From positions 1 to 55,384 of the forward strand of contig JBFYNB010000002.1 in NCBI GenBank assembly GCA_041304605.1: a DNA stretch of 55,384 bases. Direction: 5' to 3'. Position 1 is the stretch's first letter. Each line of letters begins with the position of its first letter. The position numbers and the translations under genes were made by a program. The notes beneath the pieces were generated by a model. It was given only the letters and a program-made list of their open reading frames with translations, was not told the origin of the DNA and did no database searches. Positions 33,475 through 42,775 of this stretch are shown one piece after another. Origin of the DNA: Methanomassiliicoccales archaeon. GTDB taxonomy: Archaea > Thermoplasmatota > Thermoplasmata > Methanomassiliicoccales > UBA472.

Positions 33475-35148
33475 TTAAGTGAGAGCCTTCTTCCAGGTGA
33501 ACCATCCGGAAGGCGCCCTGATCACGAACTTGGCGCCCTTCCCAGCCTCTCCCTCCTCGGTTATGGTGAAGCCGGTGGTGGCCAGGACCTCCCTTGCCAG
33601 GTACAGCCCGAGACCGGTGTTGTCTCCGTAGCCCTTATCGAAGATCTTCTCCTTCTTGTCCGCCGGCACCCCGATGCCGTCGTCCTCCCAGATTATGGAG
33701 ATGCCGGTCTCGATGTTCTCCCCCCGGATGACCACCTTGGTGGCGTTCCTCCCGTGACGCGCCGTGTTATCGGCCAAAGTATGGAAGACGTTCTCCAGCA
33801 GCGGATCGGCCAGCAGCCTTATTCCTTGCACGCGAGAATCCACGATCATCCCATTCAGGTCCACCTTTCCCAGGACCTTGTCCACGGTCGATTGGACGTC
33901 CTGCCAGGCGGTGGCGCCCATTCCCGGCTTAGGCTGCGCGTTGGCGAACTCCAGATGGCCGTCGGCGCTACGGGCCCGCTCCATCAGCTTACCGACCAGG
34001 TGCTTCTGCCGATCGTTCATCTCCGTTATTTCCAGCAGCTCCAGGTAACCCCAGATGGCCGTAAGGTCGTTCCTCATGTCGTGCCTGAGTATCTGGTTGA
34101 GCGTGCTCATGCTTTGGTTGGCCCGCCGGAGGTCCTCCTCCAGTGCCTTGCGGTTGCTTATGTCGTGAAGGGTAAGCACCACTCCGACCGGCTTTCCCTC
34201 CCGGAATATGTCAGAAGTGGTGAGGACGAAATGCCTGGCATCTCCGTCGATGACCATGGCCGTCTCCCACTTGTTGGAGCCGGCGGGGACCTTCAGTCCG
34301 CGGGCCTTCATCCTCTCCCACATGTATTCCGAGTTCTGGTCCAGGACCTTCCTGCCTGACTTGTTGGCGTGGACCACCTGCAGGGAGGAGTCCAGGATGA
34401 TCACCGCGTCGTCCATTCCTCCGACCGCTTCCCTAAAACGGATTATTTCCAAGCTAGCGAAGTCCGAGCGCCTTTCCCCGATGAAAACGATGAGGGCGGT
34501 GAGGCCGAAGCCGATGGACAGAATGTCCACCGTGGGATCGTCACGGGCGCTGAGCACGTACAGCAGGCCCGTGATCAAAATGGTCATGGTGGCCAGCATC
34601 AGCGTGCCCAGTCCCGCCCGCCGCTCGGGGGAGGTCTCCAGCAGTGTCCTGACCAGCAAGATGTTGGTGGTCAGGATCACCAGGAAGAAATAGGCGATCC
34701 AGATGGCGAAGAAGGGGCCGTAGTCGGCTTCGAACATGTAGAACCCATGGCTCTGGACGATGATCACATCGTCATAGAAGAAGTGGTGCAGGCCGTTGGT
34801 AACGTTCAGCAGAACGGTTACGATGGCCGGGGAGGCGATGAGCAGGATGTTCCGTTTGGTTATGTACCTTCCAAACCCGATGTACTGCATGACGAACGTG
34901 AGCAGGGATATCAGGATCACGGACTCGAATACGTACTCCAGGGCGACGACGGCCAACGCCAGGTTCATGTCGCCTATCATCTTCTCCGCCAGTAGCACCA
35001 GCGCGTTCAGGGAGACGAAGGCGAAGCATATGGCCATGGCCATTCGGTGCTCGGTCTCCTTTCCGGTCAGGACCTTGTATGCCACCCAGGCGGTGAATGC
35101 CGCCGCTAGAACGTTGGGTACGATGACGATAGCCCCGTAATAGTCCAT
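33475..35148 (-). CDS. Sensor histidine kinase (N-terminal 7TM domain, PAS, HisKA, HATPase_c)
   Basis: About 7 TM helices in the first 220 aa or so, followed by a PAS-like segment. The phospho-acceptor box is ILRHDMRNDL. The N, G1 and G2 boxes are DNTARHG, EDDGIGV and GLGLYL. There is no response regulator in the window. Confidence 0.85.
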   Translation of the reverse strand: MDYYGAIVIVPNVLAAAFTAWVAYKVLTGKETEHRMAMAICFAFVSLNALVLLAEKMIGDMNLALAVVALEYVFESVILISLLTFVMQYIGFGRYITKRNILLIASPAIVTVLLNVTNGLHHFFYDDVIIVQSHGFYMFEADYGPFFAIWIAYFFLVILTTNILLVRTLLETSPERRAGLGTLMLATMTILITGLLYVLSARDDPTVDILSIGFGLTALIVFIGERRSDFASLEIIRFREAVGGMDDAVIILDSSLQVVHANKSGRKVLDQNSEYMWERMKARGLKVPAGSNKWETAMVIDGDARHFVLTTSDIFREGKPVGVVLTLHDISNRKALEEDLRRANQSMSTLNQILRHDMRNDLTAIWGYLELLEITEMNDRQKHLVGKLMERARSADGHLEFANAQPKPGMGATAWQDVQSTVDKVLGKVDLNGMIVDSRVQGIRLLADPLLENVFHTLADNTARHGRNATKVVIRGENIETGISIIWEDDGIGVPADKKEKIFDKGYGDNTGLGLYLAREVLATTGFTITEEGEAGKGAKFVIRAPSGWFTWKKALT

Positions 35149-35247
35149 GGTCGACCTGACGGGGGCGAATATACCTGGAACCGATATAAGTGATATGGGG
35201 GACGGTTATCGGACGGGGAGACCATCTGGTCATACCGACCGACCGCC

Positions 35248-36534
35248 CTACTCCTTCTGTTGGGCGTCCCTGGCCGACCCCTTCATGATCTGGTCCTCGA
35301 TGCGCATCACCGATCTGGAAGCCGAGTAGGCCAGCGTCAGGAATACCATCGGGACCCCGGCCACCAGGTACCAGATGCGGACTCCGAAAGCGTCCGCCAG
35401 AGGTCCGGCCAGCAACAACCCGGCCGGCATCATGGCCGTGGCTCCGGCGCTTATGAGGGCGAACACCCTCCCCTGCATGGCGAAGGGAACGGACGCCTGC
35501 ATCATGGCCATCATGGAACCGTTGACCAAGGATAAGCTGAGACCGACCGACGCCGAGAGCCCGAAGGCCAGAAGCAGAAGCTCGGCCGGGACGATTCCCA
35601 GGGCGGCGATGGCCAAGCTCAAAACCATGGTGGAGACCAGCATGGTTACTATCTTGCGCTTACCTCCGCCCCACACTCCCAGGAGCACCCCTCCGATCAG
35701 CATCCCGATGCCTGCTAACGCCTCCATGGCCGCGTACTCCCCCGCGCCACCCTGGAAGTGGTCGATCACCAGCAAAGGAAGAAGTGCGAAGGCCGGGCTC
35801 AGCAGGAGGTTGGCGACCATGAACAGGACGATTATGGAAAGCGCGCCGTGCCAGCTCTTCAGGAAGGCCAGCCCTTCCCTCATCTCGTTCCTCAGGGACG
35901 GTTTCCTCTCGGTATCCCTTTCGGGCTCGGGCACGGGGATGAAGAGCAAGGGAACGATGGCGATGACCGCGGTCATCAGATCGACCGACAGGACCGCCCA
36001 CATTGGGAACAGCGCTATCATCACCGCTCCGGCCGGAGCGGCTATCACGCTCGACAGCCCGAACATGGCCTGGTTCAACCCGCCGACCCGCCCCAGGTGC
36101 CGTTCGGGGACCATCAGGGACGTGGCGGCCTGCATGGCCGGCCAATGGAAACCGGATACGGTCGCCCGGCCGAACATGGCCAGCAGCACCATCCACACCT
36201 CGGCGCTTCCGGCCAAAAAGGCCAGCATGAGCAGCAGGGCCATGAAGGAGATCACGGAATCGGCCACGATCATCGTGCGCCGGCGGTTCCAACGGTCCAC
36301 ATAGGCTCCGGCCCAGGGAGCTATCAGTATCTGAGGGAGCACACCCATGAGAGTTCCCAGGGCCAGCACGGTCGCCGAGCCGGTCTCCACTGTCAGCCAC
36401 CAGACCAGGGCGAACTGAACCAGGGCGCTCCCGACCAGCGAGAAGGACTGGCCTCCCCATATGGTAAAGAAGTTCCTCTTCCAAGTAGCCCTCTCGCCGC
36501 TCGTCAGCATCATGCACCTGTTATCAGTGGACAC
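35248..36534 (-). CDS. MFS transporter (EntS/macrolide-efflux-like)
   Basis: 428 aa with 12 TM helices and the G.YVDRWNRRR loop motif. Confidence 0.8.
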   Translation of the reverse strand: MSTDNRCMMLTSGERATWKRNFFTIWGGQSFSLVGSALVQFALVWWLTVETGSATVLALGTLMGVLPQILIAPWAGAYVDRWNRRRTMIVADSVISFMALLLMLAFLAGSAEVWMVLLAMFGRATVSGFHWPAMQAATSLMVPERHLGRVGGLNQAMFGLSSVIAAPAGAVMIALFPMWAVLSVDLMTAVIAIVPLLFIPVPEPERDTERKPSLRNEMREGLAFLKSWHGALSIIVLFMVANLLLSPAFALLPLLVIDHFQGGAGEYAAMEALAGIGMLIGGVLLGVWGGGKRKIVTMLVSTMVLSLAIAALGIVPAELLLLAFGLSASVGLSLSLVNGSMMAMMQASVPFAMQGRVFALISAGATAMMPAGLLLAGPLADAFGVRIWYLVAGVPMVFLTLAYSASRSVMRIEDQIMKGSARDAQQKE

Positions 36535-36710
36535 CGACCATCAACCGCGTGGACAGAAGTGGCCGGCTCCTCCGCTCCCCACCAGGGGCGAGAATCCCCT
36601 TCATGGCATATAATGATTGATTGACCATTTGTTGCCGCCGTAGCGGAACGACATTTCTCCCCCTGCCTCACTTCATTTATTTAGATGATAAATCAATCGT
36701 CTGGACGGTT

Positions 36711-37484
36711 ATGACCTTGCGCCTGCTGTGTTGGAACGTGAACGGGATCAGGGCGGCTTACAAGAAGGGGCTGGACGGCCTGCTGAGGCAGGACGGGGCG
36801 GACATAATATGCCTTCAGGAGACCAAGGCCTCCCCGGACCAGCTGCCTGACGGATTGCTGAACCCGCCTGGATACCATGCCTATTTCGTATCGCCCGAGG
36901 AGAAGAAGGGGTACAGCGGGGTGTGCATCTATTCCAAAACGAAACCGAACAAGGTCATACCTGGCTTTGGCCAGAAGCGCTTCGATTCTGAAGGGCGGAC
37001 CCAAGTGGTCCATTACGACGATTTCGTTCTCTTCAACATCTACTTCCCGAACGGGAAGGCCTCCCCGGAACGGCTGCGGTACAAGATGGAGTTCTACCAG
37101 GAGTTCCTGGAGGTGGCCAGGAGGACCGTGGAGGGAGGCAAGCACGTAATCGTGTGCGGGGACGTGAACACCGCGCATCAGGAGATCGATCTGGCCCGCC
37201 CCAAGGAGAACGCCAAGATCTCCGGGTTCCTGCCCCAGGAGCGAAAATGGATAGACGAGTTCCTGGCCGCCGGCTTCGTGGACACCTTCCGATTGTTCGA
37301 CCAGAGCCCGGAACGGTACACCTGGTGGGACATGAAGACCAGGGCCAGAGAGCGGAACGTGGGCTGGCGCATCGATTACTTCTTCGTGGACGAGGGGCTG
37401 CGGTCCAAGTGCCGCAACGCCTTCATCATGCCCGAGGTGCAGGGATCGGACCACTGCCCCATCGGTCTGGAGCTCGAGGTATGA
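36711..37484 (+). CDS. xth: Exodeoxyribonuclease III (AP endonuclease)
   Basis: Starts MTLRLLCWNVNGIRA. Also has QETK, NIYFPNG, CGDVNTAH, WWD and GSDHCP motifs. The start is set at the ATG at 36711, not the track start at 36621. Confidence 0.9.
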   Translation: MTLRLLCWNVNGIRAAYKKGLDGLLRQDGADIICLQETKASPDQLPDGLLNPPGYHAYFVSPEEKKGYSGVCIYSKTKPNKVIPGFGQKRFDSEGRTQVVHYDDFVLFNIYFPNGKASPERLRYKMEFYQEFLEVARRTVEGGKHVIVCGDVNTAHQEIDLARPKENAKISGFLPQERKWIDEFLAAGFVDTFRLFDQSPERYTWWDMKTRARERNVGWRIDYFFVDEGLRSKCRNAFIMPEVQGSDHCPIGLELEV

Positions 37485-37915
37485 GCGTCGTGGTCCGCCG
37501 GATGCGCCCGGAGGATTACCCTGAAGTGGCCGACATCTGGGTGCGGTCCGGTCTCCCTTACCAGCCGCTAGGAAGGGACGGCGAGGAGCGCATATTGGAG
37601 CAGCTGGACAGGGATTCGTCGATCTACCTGGTGGCCGTAGAACGCGGAAAGGTCGTCGGGGTGGTGCTGGTCACGCACGATCTGCGCAAGGGATGGCTGA
37701 ACCGTCTGGCCGTTCCGCCGGAGGAGCAGGGGAAGGGTATCGCCAGAACGCTGGTGCGCCGGGCGGAGGAGGAGCTGTCCGCCCTGGGCGTCAACATCTT
37801 CGCCGTGCAGGTCCACCAGCACAACCATAGGTCGAGGAAGCTCTTCGCTGAGCTTGGATATCGCGAGCATGACGATATCGTCTACTGTTCCAAAAGGTCC
37901 GGACCTGAAGAGTGA
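37481..37915 (+). CDS. GNAT family N-acetyltransferase
   Basis: Its ATG overlaps the xth stop (ATGA). The product is MSVVVRRMRPEDY... with the motif A NRLAVPPEEQGKGIARTLV. The upstream part of track ORF 37154-37915 is out of frame inside xth. Confidence 0.8.
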   Translation: MSVVVRRMRPEDYPEVADIWVRSGLPYQPLGRDGEERILEQLDRDSSIYLVAVERGKVVGVVLVTHDLRKGWLNRLAVPPEEQGKGIARTLVRRAEEELSALGVNIFAVQVHQHNHRSRKLFAELGYREHDDIVYCSKRSGPEE

Positions 37916-37974
37916 ATGGTGGCATTGACAATATTATATCCTGGCGAAGCACATTCGAGGACAGAAGGGACAAA

Positions 37975-38364
37975 ATGAGCGTTGTTCTGGCTACCGACGG
38001 CAGGGCGCACACCTCCAAAGCGGTCGAATATGCTTTGGAGTACGCGCGGCTGCACCGTGAAGCGCTGTACGTTGTTTTTGTGATAGGTCCGAGGCATGAG
38101 GAGAACCGGGAGGGCACCGTGGGGGACGCTAAAAAGCACCTTGAGGAGATCAAGGTGAGGGCGACACAGCAGGGAGTGGAGACCACCACTCTGCTGGAGA
38201 CCGGCGCTCCCGCCGAGTCCGCCATCGCCGTGGCCGAGAGGGTCAACGCCTCGGCGATAATCGTTGGAACATCTGGAAAGACCGTCCTGGACAGGGTGCT
38301 CATCGGCAGCGTCTCGGAGCACGTGGTGCGCAACTCGCCCTGCACCGTGATCGTCGTCAAGTGA
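37975..38364 (+). CDS. Universal stress protein (UspA family)
   Basis: MSVVLATDGRAHTSKAVEYAL ... IIVGTSGKT.L.R.LIGSVSE.V...SPCTVIVV. Confidence 0.85.
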   Translation: MSVVLATDGRAHTSKAVEYALEYARLHREALYVVFVIGPRHEENREGTVGDAKKHLEEIKVRATQQGVETTTLLETGAPAESAIAVAERVNASAIIVGTSGKTVLDRVLIGSVSEHVVRNSPCTVIVVK

Positions 38365-38365
38365 T

Positions 38366-39109
38366 CTAGAGCCGGCCGAGCGCCTCCAGAAGCGCCAGCA
38401 CCACCGTGCGCGGATGCGGCGGGCAGCCTGGGATGTAGATGTCCACCGGCAGAGCTTCGGCCACCCCGTTCCCTGCGGCGAACGTTCCGCCGAACGGCCC
38501 TCCGGATATGGCGCAGGTGCCCATGGCCGCCACCAGGCGCGGCTCCGGCGTGGCGTTGTAGGTCTTCATGAGCGCGGGCAGCATGTTGCGGGTCACCGGA
38601 CCGGTGACCAGGAGCATATCGGCATGCCTGGGAGAGGCCACTATCTTGATGCCGAAGCGTTCCAGGTCGTACATCGGGTTCGAGAGGGAGTTCACCTCCA
38701 CCTCGCAGCCGTTGCAGGATCCGGCGTCCACCTCGCGTATGGCCAGGGACCTTCCGAGAACCTTGCGCGCCTCGTCCCGCAGTTGAAGTTTCAGCTGGGG
38801 CAGCGGGACGTTGCGGCGGAGGACCAGTGATGAACGTTCAGATACCGCCGGCACCTCGACCGAGAACGTTATGGCATCCCTCGGGCAGGCCGGGAGGCAA
38901 TCGCCGCAGAACAGGCACTTTCCGACGTCCACGCTCCAATCCCCTTCGATGGAAATGGCTGAAGTGGGGCATGCTGGAACGCATTCCCCGCACCTATCGC
39001 AGCGGGAATCGGCCATGGGGGCCAGGGCGCGGCCTTGCCGCTGCAACAGCTGCAGCGGCTCGGTGACCACTTTTTTATCCCGGACCCTCCTCTCGATCAT
39101 TTCTAGCAT
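38366..39109 (-). CDS. Fused 2[4Fe-4S] ferredoxin (HycF/NuoI-like) plus NuoB/HycG-like small subunit of the Ehr-type complex
   Basis: The N-terminus has CDRCGECVPACP and CLFCGDCLPACP. The C-terminus has DAGSCNGCEVE, GTCAISGGPF and IPGCPPHP, so the four Cys of the proximal cluster are retained. Confidence 0.85.
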   Translation of the reverse strand: MLEMIERRVRDKKVVTEPLQLLQRQGRALAPMADSRCDRCGECVPACPTSAISIEGDWSVDVGKCLFCGDCLPACPRDAITFSVEVPAVSERSSLVLRRNVPLPQLKLQLRDEARKVLGRSLAIREVDAGSCNGCEVEVNSLSNPMYDLERFGIKIVASPRHADMLLVTGPVTRNMLPALMKTYNATPEPRLVAAMGTCAISGGPFGGTFAAGNGVAEALPVDIYIPGCPPHPRTVVLALLEALGRL

Positions 39110-39118
39110 GGTAACCCC

Positions 39119-40651
39119 CTATAGATCGTTCCCCGCGTACGACAGGTTGTAGCTCTTGTTGATCAGCGGGAAATCAGGCACGATGTTGCCTAGCACCGCT
39201 CTCTCCATGGTCGGCCAGTTGCAGAAGGACGGGTCGCGCACCTTGTACCTTGTGATCCTTCCATCTTGGAAGTGAACGCAATGCGCCAGCTCTCCGCGGG
39301 GCGCCTCCACCAGACCTAGGCCGAAGCCCTCCGGCGCCGGCATCTCGGAGCAGAGCTCCCCGTCGTGCAGGTGGTCCAGGCATTGCTTGACCATGCTGAT
39401 CGACTCGCGAACCTCCTCGACCTTCACGTTGAGCCGGGCCAGAACGTCGCCCTCCCGGCGCACCGGCACCAGGAACCCCAGCCGCTCGTAGGCGCCGTAC
39501 GGGAAGTCCCGGCGAGTGTCGCGGTCCCATCCCGATGCGCGGGCCACCGGACCGGTCGCCCGCAGGTCCTTGGCCATGGGCAATGAGAGCGCGCCGGTCG
39601 TCTCCGCCCGGTCCAGGAAGGACGGGGATCCATTGATGGAGTCCACCAGGGGCTCGAAGGCCAGGCCGAGGTCGACCATGGCGCCTTCCAGCAGGTCCTT
39701 CCGTTCCTGGTCCAGGTCCCGGGCCGCCCCGCCGATGGCGACGGAGCCCCAGAGCAGCCGGTGACCGGTGAGCTTGGCGTTCAATCGGAGCATGCGCTCC
39801 CTGAGCACCGAGGCTTCCGCGGCCGGCACGGCAAAGGCCACGTCGGTGGCCATTCCGCCTATGTCACCCAGGTGGTTGTAGATGCGCTCCATCTCAGCGA
39901 ATATGGCGCGCAGCAACTGCGCCCTTTCCGGGACGGGGCTGGACATCTCCACCGCCTGGCAGAAGGCCAGGGCGTGCGCTACGCCGTTGTCTCCGGAGAT
40001 CCTCTCGACCAGACGCAGCGCGCGGTTGAACGCGCAGCCTTCCAGAGCCTTCTCGACCCCCCGGTGCACGTACCCCAGCCTTATTTCCAGGTTCAATATC
40101 GGCTCGCCGGCCGTGGAGAACCGGAAGTGCCCCGGTTCGATGACCCCGGCGTGCACCGGTCCGACCGGGATCTCCAGTATGCCGTCCCCCTCCACCCTTC
40201 GGAAGTGATGGGCCTCGCCGGTGTAAGGGACCTTGGTCGTTCTGTCGAACGCGGAGGAAAGAGGATGAACATGCCGCGGCCACTCGTGCAGATGCAGCGG
40301 CCGTGGGTCGGGATGGTCCAAGGGCATGATGCCGCTCATCTCCATCATCTCCCTCTCGTACCAGTTGGCGGCCGGGACCTCGGCGGTCAGGGAAGGATAG
40401 CCCTCCCCCTCCAGCTCGCTCTCCAGGACCACGATGCCGTGGCGGGGGACCAATACCAACGCCATCACCTTGTTCTCGTTCGGAACGTAGTAAAGGCTGG
40501 AGAGCTCGCCCTCCTCCTTGCGCACCAGATGGGAGACCAGCGGACGCAGCAGGTCGTCGGGAACGGCCAGGTGCAAACGCCCGTTCCTCTCCTCGTACCC
40601 GAACGGCGGGAAGGGCAGTGAATCCAGAAGCTCGACGTTGTAATACCTCAC
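39119..40651 (-). CDS. NuoC-NuoD/HycE-like large subunit lacking all four NiFe cysteine ligands
   Basis: The NuoC part has ANWYEREMMEMSGIMPLDHPDPRPL. The HycE-like core has GPVHAGVIEPGHFRF and LGYVHRGVEK. The L1 motif reads ERISGDNGVAH (nt 39974-40006) where hydrogenases have R.CG.C..AH. The C-terminus reads PLINKSYNLSYAGNDL-stop (nt 39119-39148) where hydrogenases have S.DPC.SC.DR. Confidence 0.85.
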   Translation of the reverse strand: MRYYNVELLDSLPFPPFGYEERNGRLHLAVPDDLLRPLVSHLVRKEEGELSSLYYVPNENKVMALVLVPRHGIVVLESELEGEGYPSLTAEVPAANWYEREMMEMSGIMPLDHPDPRPLHLHEWPRHVHPLSSAFDRTTKVPYTGEAHHFRRVEGDGILEIPVGPVHAGVIEPGHFRFSTAGEPILNLEIRLGYVHRGVEKALEGCAFNRALRLVERISGDNGVAHALAFCQAVEMSSPVPERAQLLRAIFAEMERIYNHLGDIGGMATDVAFAVPAAEASVLRERMLRLNAKLTGHRLLWGSVAIGGAARDLDQERKDLLEGAMVDLGLAFEPLVDSINGSPSFLDRAETTGALSLPMAKDLRATGPVARASGWDRDTRRDFPYGAYERLGFLVPVRREGDVLARLNVKVEEVRESISMVKQCLDHLHDGELCSEMPAPEGFGLGLVEAPRGELAHCVHFQDGRITRYKVRDPSFCNWPTMERAVLGNIVPDFPLINKSYNLSYAGNDL

Positions 40652-42105
40652 GCGCTCACCCCGAACAGCTTGACGACCGCGTCCATGGCGTCCGAGACGG
40701 CCTCCGGAAGGAACAGCCCCAGCACCAGTATCGCCGAGGCCAATACGATCATAGGCAGCAGGCGAATTTTTCCTATCTCTCCCTCGGGCAGGCCTTCCTG
40801 CGGTTTCCCGGAGACCATGCCGAGGACGCGGTAGTTCATCCCGGCGAAGATCACGACGATGAGGGCGATGAAGATCCCGGCCACAAGGTACTCGCCCTGG
40901 GCCAAGGCCCCGGTGATTATGAACAGCTCGCCGATGAATATGGCGAACGGCGGTGATCCGGCTATGGCCGCTCCCCCCAGCACCAGCAGGGCGGCGGTGG
41001 CCGGCATGGTCTTTCCCAGCCCCTTGATGTCCTTCATCTCCCGGGTGCGGTACTTCTGGATCACGTTACCCGCGCCGAAGAACATGAGCGTCTTGGTGAG
41101 AGAATGCGCCAGCACGTGGAACACCGCCCCGAATACGGCGAGCGGGCCGCCCAGACCGAAGCCGAGCGCGATTATGCCCATGTGCTCCACGCTGGAGAAG
41201 GCCAGGAACCGCTTGAGGTCCCTCGAGGTAAGTATGAAGGCCGTGGCGATGGCCAGCGAGAAAAGGCCGAAGAACAACAGCAGCGAGGAGGAGAAGCCGG
41301 GCACGGCCTCGCTGGCCAGTATGTGCACCCTGAGCACGCCGTACATGGCGCAGTTCAGCAGGACGGCGGAGAGCAGGGCGCTGATGGGAGTGGGCGCCTG
41401 GCTGTGGGCGTCCGGGAGCCAGGTGTGCATGGGAGCCAGCCCGGCCTTGGTGCCTAGCCCCACTAGGATGAAGATGAACGATACCTTCAGCAGGGCGGGG
41501 TCCAGCTGCCCGGCGACCGAACGCAGGACGGACCAGTCCAAGGTGTCGGCGTTCTCGCCCAGGGCGTCCACCGATGAGGCGTACAGCAGGATGATGCCCA
41601 GAAGGGCCAGGGTTATTCCCACGGAACATATTATGAGGTACTTCCAGGAGGCCTCCATGGCCTCGCTCTTCTTGTAGAAGCCGACCAGGAACGCCGAGAC
41701 CAGGGTGGTGCCTTCCACGGCGATCCACATCAGTCCGAGGGAGTCCACCACGACCACCATCAGCATGCTGAAGGCGAAGAGGTGCAGCAGCACGTGGTAG
41801 TAGCGCAGGTCCCGGAGGTTGGCCTCCCCCTCCTTCCGGTCATGATCCAGGTACTCCACCGAGTACAGGCTGACCAGGGCGGTTATGACCACGATCACGG
41901 CCATGAAGAGGCCGGACAGCGGGTCCAGGTACCACAGACCGGAATCTACCGGACCTTCGAAGAAGGCCTGGTAGCAGTAGGGCATCGCCACCAGGGCGGC
42001 GACCAGGGACCCGGCCACGCTGAAGACGTATATGGCCCTCTCGCTGCGGGATATGCCGCAGAGCAAGGCGGTCACCAGTGGGACCAGCAGCAGTAGCTCG
42101 ACCAT
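40648..42105 (-). CDS. NuoN/NuoM/HyfF-like antiporter-type membrane subunit
   Basis: 485 aa and about 14 TM helices, with proton-pump family motifs (..WLPDAH..APTP.SALLS..). Its stop overlaps the next gene's start by 4 nt. Confidence 0.8.
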   Translation of the reverse strand: MVELLLLVPLVTALLCGISRSERAIYVFSVAGSLVAALVAMPYCYQAFFEGPVDSGLWYLDPLSGLFMAVIVVITALVSLYSVEYLDHDRKEGEANLRDLRYYHVLLHLFAFSMLMVVVVDSLGLMWIAVEGTTLVSAFLVGFYKKSEAMEASWKYLIICSVGITLALLGIILLYASSVDALGENADTLDWSVLRSVAGQLDPALLKVSFIFILVGLGTKAGLAPMHTWLPDAHSQAPTPISALLSAVLLNCAMYGVLRVHILASEAVPGFSSSLLLFFGLFSLAIATAFILTSRDLKRFLAFSSVEHMGIIALGFGLGGPLAVFGAVFHVLAHSLTKTLMFFGAGNVIQKYRTREMKDIKGLGKTMPATAALLVLGGAAIAGSPPFAIFIGELFIITGALAQGEYLVAGIFIALIVVIFAGMNYRVLGMVSGKPQEGLPEGEIGKIRLLPMIVLASAILVLGLFLPEAVSDAMDAVVKLFGVSA

Positions 42106-42106
42106 G

Positions 42107-42766
42107 TTAACCCCTCAGCCTCCTCAGGAAGGTGGTGTCCAGGGTCTCGAAGGTCTGGTTGATGCGGTAGGCGAATATGCCCATGATCAGCACGGCCATG
42201 AAAACGTCGAAGAATATGCCTATCTCCACGATGAGGGGCATGCCATACGTCGTGGAGATAATACCCAGGAACAGCCCGTTCTCCATCATCAGCAGCCCCA
42301 CCATCTGGGTCATGGCCTTGCGGCGGCTGATCATCATGAACATGCCGATGAACACCACGGCCAGGGATATGGCCAGGCAGTTGCGGGTGACCGCTTCCGC
42401 CGAGGATATCAGCGGTTCGGTGACGTAATAGGCCACGATGACCAGCCCGCCGGAGATGAGCAGGGAGGCGGGTATGCCCACCAGGGGCTCGATCTCCCGG
42501 CGCACCTTGAGGCGATCGATGGAGTACATCAGGAAGCGCGGGATGATGATGCCCTTGACCACCAGGGTTAGCGCGGCCACGATGTATATGTGCTCGGAAC
42601 CGGTGTAATGCGCCAGCACCGCCGAGATGGCCGCCAGCATGATGGACTGGAAGGCGAAGGAGCGGACCAGCTGCCCCATGCGGGTGCTGGCCATGACCAG
42701 CAAAGACACCAGCAATATGGCCGCGGCCAGGAAGTTGATGGTGTCGATGCTCAGCAGGTCGGCCAT
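42107..42766 (-). CDS. HyfE-like small membrane subunit
   Basis: 219 aa and about 7 TM helices. Size, position and pattern (..VKG.IIPRFL......L.VRREIEP..) resemble hydrogenase-4 component E. Confidence 0.65.
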   Translation of the reverse strand: MADLLSIDTINFLAAAILLVSLLVMASTRMGQLVRSFAFQSIMLAAISAVLAHYTGSEHIYIVAALTLVVKGIIIPRFLMYSIDRLKVRREIEPLVGIPASLLISGGLVIVAYYVTEPLISSAEAVTRNCLAISLAVVFIGMFMMISRRKAMTQMVGLLMMENGLFLGIISTTYGMPLIVEIGIFFDVFMAVLIMGIFAYRINQTFETLDTTFLRRLRG

Positions 42767-42775
42767 TGGATCACC

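Noticed and set aside
39119-40651. Calling this gene a [NiFe]-hydrogenase large subunit (formate hydrogenlyase / Hyf / Ech).
   Set aside because: Both ligand motifs were read at the nucleotide level and contain no cysteine (ERISGDNGVAH; NLSYAGNDL-stop). The fold is hydrogenase-like, but NiFe catalysis is not supported.
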